A DNA stretch of 63,716 nucleotides, counting the filler, from Phoronis australis (taxonomy: Eukaryota; Animalia; Phoronida): NCBI GenBank assembly GCA_002633005.1. It is 3 parts of 3 records of this genome, joined end to end, with 100 filler letters (N's around TTAATTAATTAA, not from the genome) between each part and the next. Parts side by side here need not be neighbours in the genome. Positions count along the whole stretch, not along the records: positions 29,473 to 47,899 come from NMRA01000520.1; positions 48,000 to 63,716 come from NMRA01001524.1; 1 more part is not named here. One strand, 5' to 3'. The translations under genes were made by a program, and so were the position numbers. This document shows positions 35,661-49,720 of the stretch, piece after piece. Position 1 is the first letter of the stretch; each line of letters starts with the position of its first letter. The notes under the pieces are model-generated. The model was not told the origin of the DNA. It ran no database searches and was given only the letters and a program-made list of their open reading frames with translations.

Positions 35661-38274
35661 CTTTGAGAGTTTACACCGTGACGTTGAAAGTAATTGAAAG
35701 TTAAGCCGACAATAAACCCGTGCTTCCTGTCAAAAATGTTTGATTTTAGGAAAATACATGTACACTCTTCAAGAGTAGTTTCAAATTCTAACTTACTCCG
35801 GTGAGGAATGATAGCTGAGGTACAGAGATAGTGACAGTTCCGTTACTTATTCCGACGACGTTGATGAATTTTCACGTGGTGGCGTGATCTTTGCACATAT
35901 CAAATTTCAGACAGATCTATCAAGGGACGACGAAGATACGGAACAAAACTTCAGTTAATTGCAGACCGTCCTCCGAAAATCTCTAATAATTCGAAAATTG
36001 TAAGACCAAAAGTGAAACAAATGACGCACTTGCAACAGCCCTTAAAATGATAAATTTACAACAAAATCCAAAAATCACTACCAGAAACAGCGGAGCTATG
36101 GCTCCACAGACCAAAAACGTGAAAAAGACCGTCACAGCACCATCTTGTGTCCGATTTTAACTAAAAATAAAAACCTCTGCCTTTCACGAGACACATGCTG
36201 TGTGTAAATTTCACTTTGATCCGATCTGTAGCGTGCGAACCAAGAAACACACAAAATCTAATACATGTATTTTGACAAAGCAACATACTTGTGGAGATTT
36301 CATTTAACCAACTAAAAGGGTCTATATTATTATAAGTGACCTAAATCACGACGTGTTTTAAATAGAACGCATTGGGTTTAATGCCGCTTTAAAATATTTC
36401 CCTCAATCTAAAATGTAGGATGCACCTGAGTATTACGTCTACTTAGGATAACCTCGAAAAATCTTTCATTTTTCGACGCAATTCCATTGAGTGACCTAGC
36501 TGCCAAAACTGGCAGGTATAATTCTATTACATATACCGTACGTGCCTCTTTGTCGAACCACCTGTATTAAAGAAGAATATCATTTTCCTGATTTGATCTC
36601 AACACACTATAGTTTTAAGAGGCATTATCTGATAACACCACCGCAGGTTAGCAAGGGATGTTAAATCCATGGGTTTTGACAATGGGGTTTTAATAAAGAT
36701 ACGAAATAATAAAGGAAAAATTCTTTTTAAAAATCCAGAAAATGTTTTATATGAATTTCAGCGCATTCGATATCCCCATGTATGCAGGGAAATGGCTAAC
36801 AAATATGTCATTTCAAAAGACTTTTACTAAAAAGTGGTGCACAGCTATTTCAAATGGGATATTTCCTTACACCAAACTAAGATGAAATAAAAATATTTCA
36901 TCGTCATAACCGCGGAAACTTTAGAAATGTTCCGTGAAATGCCACCCAATATGCCCTATTTTACCAATTCAAGAAGGTTGTCCTGCATTGGAGATAAAAT
37001 TGGGGAGTTCACCAAAACAAAAAGAGTCGTTCGTGTCTGTGATCTTACAGCGACTTTCTTCGAGATTTGGATCTATTTATTTACGGATACTTAGTATTTA
37101 TTTAGTTATTAGCAAACTCATATTTAATTGTTGTATTTGTTTTGCGTTGAACACTTTGCTGTCCATACAATATAGCACTTGGCAGTTTTGAATTAAAATT
37201 ACGGGTATCGATCATTAACAGGCCATGGCAGACTTGACTTTCTAATCTGATAACTTAAAGTAGTAAATCGACGAAAGTTTCGATTATGTTTGCAAAAATT
37301 TCTAGTTTGTTACGTGAATTAAGCAATTCAGTAGTATTCACTCTTTCAGTTCCCTATCATTTCACGAACTGAGCTGGGTCCGTTGATTCGAGTATCTATT
37401 GCCATATGTTTTGGACGTAACAAATTCCAACGGTTCAGCAAAGGTGATGTTTTGATACTGGCTCTTTTAGACTGGAGTTAGTGATAACATTCACCACGAA
37501 ATTGGCATCAGAATAGAATTTTTAAAGGGCGGGTATATTATGCAAGTTAGATTTGATGCCTCGATGTGTGCAAAATAAAAATTTTCTTGACAAATCTATC
37601 ACAATAAGAGGAAATGTATATCAGAAATAGACAGTTCAGTGCAAGTCGCTGAGTGTAGGTGCAGTAGACGATTCAGTTACACAAGTTTTGAAATCAACGA
37701 ACGTTTTTGAAAATGCCACTTATTTGAAAAAGTCGTCGGTGAGAAAGTAAAACAGTGAACACTACACATGCACAATCCCCTACAATGGCACCAAAAGTTT
37801 ATTCTCAACAGTTTAGTAAGTCACTGGAGTACCCAGAATAAAATTTGTGAGGCCCAAATTTTTTATGATGGAATAGTTGACCTGCGCCGAAATTCGTGGC
37901 TAGACGCCTCCAAGAACACGTGACCTTTATAACCTTGAAATGTGCTCTCGTTTTCAACTTGACAGAAAATCTCAATTTATAAGCAATGTTGCCCATCAGC
38001 CGGAACCCTGAAAACATTATTTTTGTCAGATTACGTGTACTTTAATTTCTGGGGATAAGAACTGAGACTGAAACATTTGGGTTTTTTCATCTCAGATCTG
38101 ATTAACAGCTTCCTAACATTCATTTTTGTTTTCCATTAGAAACTGAACAGACGATAATGGTACATGATGCTGACATCTATGAATGTCTAAGTTCAATAAT
38201 GGACATTGGTTACGGAATAAAATGAATGATAGAAAGGTCTCTTGAAATTAGTATCAAACAAACCATTAAGCGTT

Positions 38275-38399
38275 GGACTTGGGGGGGCAAGGCTCCAAGA
38301 TTCCATTTGGCAGTTCGAGGGTGCGAATGTCTGACGGGCAATATCCTGGCTAATACTCTGCCTTTGCACCCTAACTCAAGAATCCTGGATCAGTCCCTG
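38275..38399 (-). mobile_element. Degenerate copy of the CAGKGGCGGAT MITE
   Basis: TTCCATTTGGCAGTTCGAGGGTGCGAATGTCTGACGGGCAA..TAATACTCTGCC is the reverse complement of the 4293-4451 core. Confidence 0.8.
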
Positions 38400-38405
38400 T
38401 CCTGA

Positions 38406-40060
38406 CAGGGTGTCTATTCTGCAATAAACCGCCCCATATTATTGAAATGGAGTCTCATAGGGAAAAATTCAATGTACATTGGAATCGTGTTTGACGACAG
38501 CAACAATATGAGTTTTACCGACACATTTGTTTATATGAAAAAGACCTCGAATTTCTGTTTGTATGGCATTATGACCTTCTTGTAACGTAAGAACTATACA
38601 TAACTCTAAAGCCCATACTTTCAACATTCAGTAAATTAGCTGAAACCAGAAGTACTTCCGAGCACAGGCGCTTGGGTTTATCTGTTCCTCGATCGCAAAT
38701 GACGTCACTCAATAATACTTATAAGAATACATAAAGGTTGGACACTCGAAATCTGTTTGCTCAGAATTTCCTACTCAAATGTGCATGGAACTCCACGAAA
38801 CTTTCATCGAACAACTCTTACAATACCTTCTTTCATTTGATTTCTTCAAATTGCCTTCGAGTGGTGATTTGGCGACAAAAATGCCAAAAGAATGCCGAAA
38901 TCACAAAGTCAAGGAAGTCATTCTGTGATGTCATGGCAGACGGTCTTCACTCGTCCGGGTTTTTAACGGACATTCCCGAGCTAAATCCGAAAGTCTATTT
39001 TCACGCGCCGTCAATCCCTCGACTACTTGGTCATGAGAAGCAGAGAGCACTATCATTGCCAAATAAATGTAACTACTCAGATATTTGTGTCAAATATAAA
39101 TTATTCTGATACTGTATTGATATGCGAAGTTTTTGTTTACTGTGATTTCTTATGAAGGTTTTACTTTTGGCCAAAACCATTGAGTTAACGCGTCGGCCAC
39201 GCACATTGTAATACTTGCAAGGACTGCGTTTCCTGGTCGAGTGTGTTGTGCTTCAATCAAAAAGTGCGTGATGTCAAGATGAGAAACAAGATACGCCAGT
39301 TTATGCAATAAAATTCTAAGTTAAGGGCTAAAATGAGCCGTCAGTGGAATAAAGTTACAAATAATCATTAAAATGCTAACTTTAACATTCTTAATTAGTT
39401 TAGTTTTGGATTAGAATTATTGAATTTGAAATATAGGTTGCTTGCTTAAACTCGAAGTTTCAATTTCAGCAGGCGTACAAGTTGAAGCACAATTGAAATC
39501 CGCCATGTTTACTATTTTACATGTAGGTACTTGAATTCAGAGTTTTGAGATTGTTTTGGAAATTTTATCGCCAATTCACGACTCACGAAGACAGTTAATG
39601 GGATCTAGGAAAGATAAGGGTTCGAAGGTTTATGCAACACTAGACTGAGGGAGGTGCACGCAGATTTTATTTGGATTTTGGACGGTTGAAGTTGGGAGCC
39701 TCGGCTTGGCAATGTTTAAGTGTCCAACCTTTACATGTATGTTTCTTATATATGGTTATGAGTGATCTGGAAATCCGAGCGGCTGTGCTTCCGAGTTGGA
39801 ACGTTATTAATCACTAAGACAATGAAGAATCTTTATAACGCCATTTGTATACAGAACTATTATGCGTGTATTTCATTTGATTCATCACAAATAAAACAAT
39901 GGTGATGAATTCGGAACCGTATCTCCATGGAATCCTGGAATTGTTGAAGTGAGCAATTCAGGGAGAAAAAATGTTGCAAACTACATGTACACTTAGAAAT
40001 CCCTACAATCTTTCTAGTTCTGTATGATTTGTGGATTAATATCCGGGGTGTTTGCAACAT
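38406..40060. mobile_element. Degenerate non-autonomous DNA transposon with long inverted ends (Tc1/mariner-like CAGGGTGTC terminus)
   Basis: TAAGAATACATAAAGGTTGGACAC (~38722) is inverted relative to GTGTCCAACCTTTACATGTATGTTTCTTA (~39720), with weaker matches further out. The right boundary is approximate. Confidence 0.4.
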
Positions 40061-40129
40061 TTCATTGCAATTTCATCCTCAGAAAATGGTTGCAATGACG
40101 GTGAACTCCTCATTGAATCACTACCCTTT

Positions 40130-40310
40130 AGGGTAATTCCAGAAATGACAAAATCCCAGTTTCTCCTGATTCTATCATAGGCTGTTATGTCCTACTGGGG
40201 TTTACCTAGCTCAATATTAGGCCCACTATCACGCATAATTTACATTAATGGTCTACAATCCGTTCCCCCAAGAATATCCTCATGTACGCTGATAACAATT
40301 GTCTACTCAC
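40130..40310 (+). mobile_element. Short decayed LINE reverse-transcriptase fragment
   Basis: PTGV..SILGPL..IYINGL..ILMYADN resembles the GVPQGSILGP / YINDL / YADD motifs of CR1-group RTs. Confidence 0.55.
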
Positions 40311-40739
40311 TCCAATAGTTCTGAACTCATCGACACTAGAACACCAACAATGCAAAGTCTACTAACAATTGATTACAAACTAATTTTCTCACATGACCTA
40401 CAATGTGTTACGACACGACTGGTTAATAACATCGAGTACGTAATGTTTTTGATATTACATTGGCTAAGTAGAAATCCATACATGTACGCATTGCATTTTA
40501 TAGTCTTCAATAAAATAAACCAACCAAACAAGTGAAAATCAAACACTTCCGGAATCCCGAACAGGTGACAAGGTTATGATTGAGAAATCGGCTGTTTTTA
40601 CTCCCTGTTGGAACTACATGCAACAATTTCTTAAACAGACCCACTTTCGGCGGCGAATTTCATATCCACGTTCATTCAATCCGAGACGAACCCCAACTCA
40701 AGAAATGCAGTGAGACTGTCTTAGGGAACGCCACTAGCG

Positions 40740-41000
40740 TCACCTTGTGACGTGTCTTTCCTGACACGTGACGAGTCATTTTTGACACGCTGACGCGTCA
40801 ATGATTCTGTCGAACTCGTGTGGATGTTCTTAAAAGAGCCAATCAGTGTTAAGGTTTTACAGTGTTTTGGCTAAACCAATGAGATCGTGATGTTTTGAGG
40901 TGACTGACAAGAACAAAGGCTGTCAATCATATACATGTATCGACTTAGTATTCCAAGAGACAAAAACAAGAGTTACTGAACACGGAAGTGTCCCGGAAAT
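40740..41000 (+). promoter_or_regulatory. Promoter-like motif cluster
   Basis: Clustered TGACGT/CACGTG/TGACGCGTCA, two CCAAT boxes (~40839, ~40876) and two ETS-like CGGAAR motifs (~40983, ~40994). Motif evidence only. Confidence 0.3.
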
Positions 41001-41452
41001 GTGCATTGGATGGCTTCAAGGAATTTGTACGATCAGCAAGTACTAATAAGGATGATGGGTACGGCGACGACAACTTCTTGTGATGGTGCATTCCAGGAAT
41101 TCCTTTCATCAAACATGAGTACGACCAACAGCAAACCGTAAGCGCGTGTCGATTGCAAAAGAGTTAAGCCAACACGGCGGTCAGAAGAAGCGCGACATTA
41201 ATAATGGAACTTCGTGGTGCAAGCTTGTGTACTGGGATCGATGTCACGATGTCTGAATTTGTTGTCGATTGTAAACGTGACCTGGAGTGTTGCTGTAGAC
41301 ATATTTCAATGGACCCAGTGTTGCAAGAAACCGTCACTTTAGTGAAAGCAAAGTAAGTTGTCCTTTTTGTTGGCCAGGTCTGCTCGATTTGTGTACTATC
41401 AAGGTAGGTTGTGCAAACGAATAGAATCGTACCCCGTGTTGACAATTAAGTA

Positions 41453-41985
41453 CTAGTCCACGAGAGCACCAGCCATGAGCGGCAAGGTGGGGGTCAGCCG
41501 ATTTTCACCAAATTTGGCACATAGGTAGTCCTATGGGATCTATAAACAGCGGTAAAATATTTCTTGAAAATATTGCGTTTTTCTAAAGTTATAGGCTCAA
41601 ACACATTTTACGGCTTCGCAGCCATGTTTTCACGGTATAAAAACTGTCCAGTTTNACTACGGGAAGTCGGGAAGGTACTTCCGATTTGGAAAATTAAGAT
41701 GAACACCCATTTAGAGCGTGGAGTCTATATCGCAGTGCCGGCAAAGGGACCCATCTGTATGAAACTCCTTGAAAAACTCAGCTTTAGACAAAAATTTTCC
41801 CTAATATCGCCTTTTGTTTGGGTTAATTTCATCAGAAGGGAGTTCTTTACTCTAGTGAAAATGTGCCACCAAGAGGTCAGAATTTAGCTACCAAAAAGGT
41901 ATCCAACCTACTTGGAAACCAGAAATTCCCTTTTGTAATCAGTGACACAAAAAATCCTAGACGGACACATTCGTACACATATATA
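41453..41985. mobile_element. Non-autonomous Helentron/HINE-like repeat
   Basis: Starts TACTAG; contains CCGATTTTCACCAAATTTGGCACA and a terminal AGACGGACACA..ATATATA. The resemblance to DINE/HINE-type elements is by eye only. Confidence 0.4.
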
Positions 41986-42349
41986 CCTCTGACCTAAATT
42001 CACAAAAGGAAGACTGATGTAGCCCCAGGTTTCAGTGCTTGCCATATGGCTGTGCTGTGCGTGAACTTGTAATTCTGCTTAATCTCAAGATTAAGCGGAA
42101 GTGAGTGTTGTGTGAACTTGGAATTGAATATTCTTTAAGGCAAAAAGGTGAAATTTTTGTTCGGTGAAAAGGATTTTTGTAATTATTGGCCTCGCGATCA
42201 ACCATTTTCTCCTTTACCGTAACTTGTGTCGCTGAACAGGTGGAATTTGTGAAGGGTTAACTGATTATTGGGTGGTGAAAATGATAGCTCGTAGTGTATT
42301 TGTATGAAGTCGACAACAAACTACGATGGCTTTCAGACGGATGAGACTA

Positions 42350-43140
42350 TCGGTGTGCCCCCTAGTGGCAATTTTTATGTTTTATGTTCACCTCTATCTT
42401 CAAATGTTCTCAACGGATTTTCATGAAATTTTTCACATGGGCTTCAATTAGTGGTATGACACCATTTTCCCGGCAATTTCATTTTTTTTTCATTTTCCTC
42501 TGTTTCTCTGAAGTTCCTTGATGGATTTGTATGAAATTTTGTAAATAGGTTTCTATTAAAGAAGCGGTGACATTTTCCTATTTTGTTATGCGTTGGACGT
42601 ATTTTGCGACATCTAGTGGCAATTTTTACTGTTTTCTTGTCTATTTTTGGCGTCTGCCCCTCTATGAACCCTACAAACCACTCTAAGGATGTTTGTGAAA
42701 ATTAGCACATATGTTCTTAATGTGAAGAGGATGGTTGACCGTGTTTTTCTCACGACTTCGCCTACTGTGGCACTTTTGGTTTTTTTTGCAGGCATAGCTG
42801 TACTCTCCTATACCCACTGCAGAATCTTTATGAAATTTAGCAAGTGTATTTATATGAAGTTGACTACGGACGATGATAACGATTTTCAGACGGATGTGAA
42901 CAATGATGTGCCCCTTGGTGACAATTTTATTTTTTCTGTTTTCCTGTTTCTCTGAAGTTCCTTGACGGATTTTTATGAAATCTGATAGCTTTCTATTAAA
43001 GACCTGTTCCCGTTTTCGGATGACTTCAACGTATTTTGCGCCATCTAGTGGCCATTTTTCTGATAGAAATGAATACCCTTAGAAGCACTCCATTTGCTGA
43101 GCATTTGTGTGCTTTATCGCCCTGTGTTGCTCTTGTTTAT
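42350..43140. mobile_element. Non-autonomous Helentron/HINE-like repeat with internal tandem subunits
   Basis: Repeated (CC/AT)CTAGTGGCAATTTTT and GGATTT.TATGAAATTT blocks at roughly 120-140-bp spacing; ends GAGCATTTG...TTGCTCTTGTTTATT. Confidence 0.45.
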
Positions 43141-46100
43141 TTTTAAAGGCTTTTAATGTTGTGAATGCTCATAATTTTATTTTTCAAAACTTTTTTTGAT
43201 GGTAGCTATGGTACAAAACTCGAAAATGAGAAAGCAATTGTTTGGGGATACTAATGTCCTATGCAAAACACAGAAAATAAAACGTCAGTTATGTGCCATC
43301 TTATGTCCCAAATGTTGTACCACGGTCTCTTCACTATCATGATTTTCCCTAACTTCTGTTGCTGACACATCATATACTGTCCCGTCATACGACAAATTAG
43401 ACGGGCTTAAGTCAGCTGTAATTTCTCCTCATGGTTTCTGCTTATTTGTTTAAAGGTATTTAGTGGGTCACGAATGATCAACTTTCAACTATAATTTCTG
43501 ATAAAAGATAGTAGCCCCTGTTAGACCGAGTGCCTTAGTGCAGTACTGCAAATGTGCTTACATGGGGTGCCACAAATGTTTGTTGCTAATGTGCATATCG
43601 CATTTGTAATGTTAAATACTAACAGCACACATCACGAATTTTTGGCCGACCGGTCGGAAATTGGTCGACGACCGGCCGTCGACCGGTCGTCTAGCCGACC
43701 AGCAGCCAACCAACAACGGTCGGCTAGNTAATTTCTGATAAAAGATAGTAGCCCCTGTTAGACCGAGTGCCTTAGTGCAGTACTGCAAATGTGCTTACAT
43801 GGGGTGCCACAAATGTTTGTTGCTAATGTGCATATCGCATTTGTAATGTTAAATACTTACAGCACACATCACGAATTTTTGGCCGAACGGTCGGAAATTG
43901 GTCGACGACCGGCCGTCGACCGGTCGTCTAGCCGACCAGCAGCCAACCAACAACGGTCGGCTAGGAGCCGTCTGCTGTGTCGCCTCTGTGGTCAGCACTT
44001 GGGTCGGCTAATTGGTCGCTTAGCGTAGACGACCAATTCGGATTAAGCGTGTCCTTGGTCGGCAATTACCATTTTATGACTTAGCGGGTGAACTTTGGAA
44101 AAACAAACATTTAACTGTTCGCCGTTCGTTTACCAGTGGCAACTCCAGTCTTGATATCGGTTTATCAAATTTTGTTCAACTATTGAATGGAGGTAAAGTC
44201 GAATCTACCTACAAATACGAAGTGCGTGACATTACACAAGCCGAAAACCTGATGTTGAATTAATGATGGCGTGGTAAAATCAAACGTTAAGTGATATAAC
44301 GGAAAAATAATTTCTAACTTTAGATATGAGACTTTTTGTACAGTACATTATGCAGAAAAACAAGCACGAAATTTGAAATTTACAGCAAAATTGCGTAAAA
44401 ATCAGAATACAACACTGGATATTTTACGACCTCAAATGTTTTCATGCCGCGGATTGCTCAGCAAGCAGCACGCATTTGCGCTCATCCGTTATTGCTCTTG
44501 ATCATCACTTCATCACGCTGTATATTGCGCTTCAGATAATTATTGTTTATTTCTGTATAATTTCTTAAGATGTTGGTACAGCAACAGAACCCAAGTTTAT
44601 TTTAGGAACAATATAAACAATGGTTTGGTCATAGCGCCGATATTAAATCATGGGCGCATGAAAACGGAAGACTGTGATCGGTTTATAGTGTAATCCATCA
44701 TCCATCATCATTCTGAAATCGTTGTCACTTTCGCAGTAAAAAAAATTTCGAAGCTAGAGTTTTCCTATCTAGCCAGCTAGCTGTGAAGACTATTTTCAAA
44801 ATACAGAAAGGTGCCACTGCGTATTGAGCTCAAACAGACATCGAAACTTCACCCAGCCCGGATAGTTACGCTTGTCACCTCGTCGAAAAGCTTGTATCAA
44901 CATGAGCTCAAGACCGGCAANTTGTCACCTCGTCGAAAAGCTTGTATCAACATGAGCTCAAGACCGGCGGGTGTGCATGCAAACTCTGGAAGTCAATTGG
45001 CATTCAAGTTGCCCGTTACAGCCGTTTAAGCGAAAAAATCCGACGTCATCTTCTTGCGTAATTCTCTGCCTTTTGTAAAGAAAAAACCTATGTCGTCGTT
45101 TTGAAAGAGTTCATTCGTGACACGCGCCACTTTCAAAATGTTTTCGACATCTCCCATTAGATGGTGACATTTCAGCAAAATTTGTTCTAAAATTCAGTTC
45201 ACTGATATCAAAATTCCACAAACATATAATGAAGTGAAACCAATTCTGATCATTTGTCGTGACGTTTACGCAACCTCGTGGGAGAACGTTTGATTGAAGA
45301 ATCTGGGGAAAAGAAACTGGCTAAAAGGTGACGCAATATTCCATTGCGTCGAAAGTCGACGAAAAAGATCACACCAGAATTTTAGCAGTAGAATAATTGT
45401 AAAAAAACAATTTTTGCAACGCTGGTAAATAATTTAGATTACTCTAGGAAGATTTCATTCGGTCAGTTTTTACCCACAACGGCGCAAATGTGTATATTTA
45501 ATTTAGTAAACAGCTTCGCACCAAGGCTAGAGCCTTCCAAGCCCTTTGGTGTAAGAACACAATACTTGGCGTTTCGCGTATACTCCCAGGGGTAAAACTT
45601 TGAAAATAATATTTTCGGGGTAACCTGGTACATGTAATCCTAAAAAAGTAGTCTGTGTTTTCATGTAGAGCGTACATATTATTAACCCAGTGATTCAAAA
45701 AGAACACTTTCGTAACCGAAAACGCACACAATTTTCAGCTCTATTACACTGGTTAAAAACAACTTCTATAAGTTTATTGCATCGGATTCTAGTGATCACC
45801 AGGGCAAGTCAAAACTCTTTAGGGGGCGCAATTTCAAACCTTTGGCATGAATCAGTGATGTAAAAATGGAATTAGACCGACTTTAATTCACAAGCAATGT
45901 AGACGCAACAGTTACAGACACTGACTGCGTTTGTTAACGTCTTGTGGCAATGATAAAAATAATTGTTTCTACTATGATTGATAACAAGTTTTACTCTGAT
46001 GAGGTATGATGCAATATGCATGTCTAATATGCAGATCGGCAGTTGCAAAAATATTTACTGGGTTTAATGATTCCGTTTGTTATGAACCACTGCGAAAGTA

Positions 46101-47209
46101 TGATTACTAATCGTACATTCGAAGCACGCCTCATTAGAATAAAAACAAACACATGCTTGATGATCCTGGGAGTACCTCTATTACAGGTATGAATGAAGAT
46201 ATGTAGTTGTTAAGCCATAAAGGATAATAAGGCTTACATAATATCACACTGAGCCATCTACACCAGGCATATACAAAGGATGCAGTATTTCAAAAGAATC
46301 CACAACTACTCATTTTTCTTAGTCATAACTACTCATTTTTTATACTATTACTAAATCACACACACCTAGATTTATATAAGAAGTTACACAGTACGCTGCT
46401 ACACAACCTGCTCTCCCACATTTATGGGAGGCCTAATTTGAAACATTTAACGGCATATATTTTCTATGCAAGATTAAAACCAAGCAAAACATGATAACTC
46501 TCCAGGACCAAAAATAAATATCTCAAAACCAGAAATTTTACTTAAGCAGGAATTAAAACAATCCAATACATTGAGATTGTTTTCACGCAGAAGACCAAAA
46601 AACAAATAAAGACCAAAATTCAGCACGTCAAGACTGAAAATTTAAAACATCAGCACCTATAATTTATCAAGTGAGTACAAAAAAATTCTTCACTTCAGGA
46701 TCAAAATAAAATACGACCGAACTGAAAATTTAATAAGTCAGGTTTAAAAACTTACCATGTCAGTAACTTTACACGCCATAACACCACCTCACCATCCCCA
46801 AGCATTGATCCTTCAAAGTGATTATGTTCGTACTATACGTATCAACAAGGGCTAAATGTTCAACCTTTTTGTTACGGGGAGATTTCATGTAGGATGAACA
46901 TGTCATTTATTTATCATTAAAGTATGATACAAACACATTAGAACTTGGGTTGACTATGTACATGAGAATAATATTACGAGAGAAGTATAAGTATTAATTA
47001 AGAATATAGTGGTTGTTGTGTAATTAATTAAGGGTATTAGTTGTTTACTGAAATTTATTGCCTCCTATGAGTGCATAGGAAATGAATCAGCATATTTGTC
47101 TCTAACCATGTGTTTTTGCTCTGCTAGCAGAATTATGTAACTTTAAATTCACCGGAATTGGTCAACTGTGGGGTTAGCCAGTTCTGACAACAACAATAGT
47201 CTTGTTATT

Positions 47210-47899
47210 ATTCAGCAGAAATTACTTAAAGATTTGTCTGTCCGTGACCATATTTGGCGAAAGCTTAGGTTCATNTTCATTAGAGTAATTAATAATCATG
47301 CCCCTGTAATCCAATTGAAATTAAAGGGCAAATCACCTGAGTGGCATAATGATAATCTCATAGCTCTCTCTCGCATGAGAGATTACCTGAAGCGAATAGC
47401 TCAGCGTACTCGAAATTCATCCGACTGGGGTATCCTTAAGAAAGCTAGAAATAAGGTAAACAATGCTCTTAAACGGGATAAGGCCGAGTATTAATGAAAA
47501 CAAATCTAACGGGAAAACTCTCTGGAAAATCATAAAATCAATTTTACCTAACAAGTCCAAGTCTGTCGCAAATGAATTTAGAATTGGAAACGATTTTGCT
47601 TCGGACAAAAGGAAAATAGCAAATGCATTTAATGACTTTTTTACTGGCATCGGCCAAAAACTTGCTGAGAATTTCACTATGTCAACTATTGAGCTCCCAC
47701 CCAAGACACAAGAGAGAATATCATTTAAGTTTCAAGACATTCAAGTTGACTACGTCCGAGAACAAATAAAAATTTTGAACTCTAGTAGTGCCAGTGGCAT
47801 CGATAGCATTGATGCCAAACTAATAAAACTGGCGTCTCAACAAATAGCTGAGCCCCTTACCAACATCATGAATTTAAGTTTAAAAACGGCCACAATTCC
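47210..47899 (+). mobile_element. CR1/L2-group LINE ORF2 fragment (endonuclease-RT linker)
   Basis: HAP...PEW...RDYLKR.A..T....W...KKARNKV, KTLWKIIK, IANAFNDFFTGIG..LA, SASGIDSIDAKLIK..IAEPLTNIMNLSL. One frameshift; runs into a gap. Confidence 0.9.
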
Positions 47900-47999
47900 N
47901 NNNNNNNNNNNNNNNNNNNNNNNNNNNNNNNNNNNNNNNNNNNTTAATTAATTAANNNNNNNNNNNNNNNNNNNNNNNNNNNNNNNNNNNNNNNNNNNN

Positions 48000-48971
48000 C
48001 ATAGTTGGCTCATTGGCGGGGGAGCTTTGCAGTTAAAATGTATGGCAATGACCGCATCTCCATTGACAGTACTAAACGATGAACTCTGCAAGTGCAAAAA
48101 GAACATGTGTGCTGGGAAACTGACTTTGTGCTGCAATGCTGGGTCAAACTCTACAGAAATGTGCAGCTGTGACAACTGTAGTAACATCAGCAACACTGAC
48201 TGCATAACATTGGATTCTTTGACAAGTCAACCCTAAATAGACCTCCAACCCCGTTATTTCGTTTTTTATATTAAAAAGTTAATTTTATTATTTGATTAAG
48301 TCATAGAAAGTACATACTTTGATCATTGTCATGTATTTGTCTCATACTGCTTGATAAACGCTGTCGGAATAATCTATTATTTTCATACAGTCTGTGTGCA
48401 CATTCACAGAGATCATTCAATTATATTGTTTTTGTACTATAACGTATTTCTGGTGTATTATGCAAACAAGCTGTATTTTACACCATTAGTCAATTTTTTA
48501 GTCATTTAGGCATAAATTTTGCCCAGTCTCAAGTGTTTTGTGTTATTTTTGTTGCCATACAATGCCAGAGTAACTTCTTAGTAACATTCACACTTAGTTT
48601 GCATTTTTGCCACTAAGTGTCTCTTTACATTTTTAAATTTCACTGTTTACAATTAATCTACAATAGTAAAACATGTAATGTGAGTGTAATATTGTTCAAT
48701 ACAATGGCACCGATGGGACCATATTACTTGTTTTACAAAAAGTCACCAAAACTGTTGTTTTTACAAATATAAGTTTACTAAGCTCTTTTGTGATTATTAG
48801 GTAACTTCAAACCCAAATTTCTCAAAAATTTGCAACTTTATATGTGGGAACTTTTTAGATTTTGAAAACACTCTAATAAATGAATTAAAAAACACCAAAA
48901 TAAAATTGCCCCCCTAAAGTACTCATAAAAACAATTTTCTAGAGGCCCTGCAAATTCTGGCCCACCGACTA
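48000..48971 (+). mobile_element. Academ-like DNA transposon 3' end
   Basis: Cys-rich C-terminus CKCKKNMC...CCNAGSNSTEMCSCDNCSN (Cys8/CXC-like), followed by a terminus CTGGCCCACCGACTA. TAG...CTA ends are typical of Academ. Confidence 0.65.
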
Positions 48972-49319
48972 AATTGTGTGTTCATGCATCCTGATGAGAT
49001 GTTCAAAATTCAAATGTTAGTGCCATTATTTCTAAAGTTTTGGCCCAAAATAGCTAATGTTTGGTTCAGTAAGGTTCAACTAGTGAAAGAGTTTTAGAAG
49101 AACGGCTTAAAAGAACGGGAAAGAAAATAGTCTATATGAGTTTTATGTAGACATTGAACCTCTCTATCAGAAGACAATTTGCATTTTCAAAGGAGTTTCC
49201 GTTAACCTTTACTGGAGTGCCAAAATTCGGGAAACTTCGACCAAATTTGTGTATTTGAAGTGCTCTGGGGCCAGTTTGCGGGGTGTTGGTGATTTCAAAT
49301 AATATTGTCCATTAGTTTG

Positions 49320-49720
49320 TGTCGTCATCAACTTTCCAACCAACGGGTAAGGGAGAATCTTTGAATGGAATCAGAGACAAGAGGTGGATCCTCGTTCGGT
49401 AGTTGCACCGTTTTATAGGATGCATTAATGAATCCTGTGTTACATGTAGTTGCAAATCTTGCTCTGATGAAGGTTAAACGCAAAAATTGTTGAATCTCGC
49501 TTCATTGACACTGCGGCAATGCTGACCACAACATTTCCCCAAGAATACTTCCAGAGAAGAGAGGAGACTTTTGGACAGCCAGAATTTAGCACCCAGCTCC
49601 TGAAACGCTTTCAGAAAATTGGAATCTGACAAAGCCAGCTTCAACACCTTCTTTTTCCCCTTATCAAAGAATGCAGTAGTGCTGTCGCAACCTATAAATA
49701 AAATCATCGCATCACTTCCA
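49320..49720 (-). mobile_element. Academ-like XPG-nuclease region fragment
   Basis: FIGCDSTTAFFDKGKKK...SVNEARF..F...DSL..PIKRCNY...P.GW matches the GCD..S.F.GKGK motif region of Academ proteins. Stops are present. Confidence 0.65.

Noticed and set aside
43490-43965. Near-perfect ~238-bp tandem duplication
   Set aside because: The copies are separated by a single N and differ at only a couple of bases, which points to an unmerged contig or haplotype overlap.
44872-44968. ~47-bp direct duplication
   Set aside because: It also straddles a single N, so it is likely an assembly artifact.
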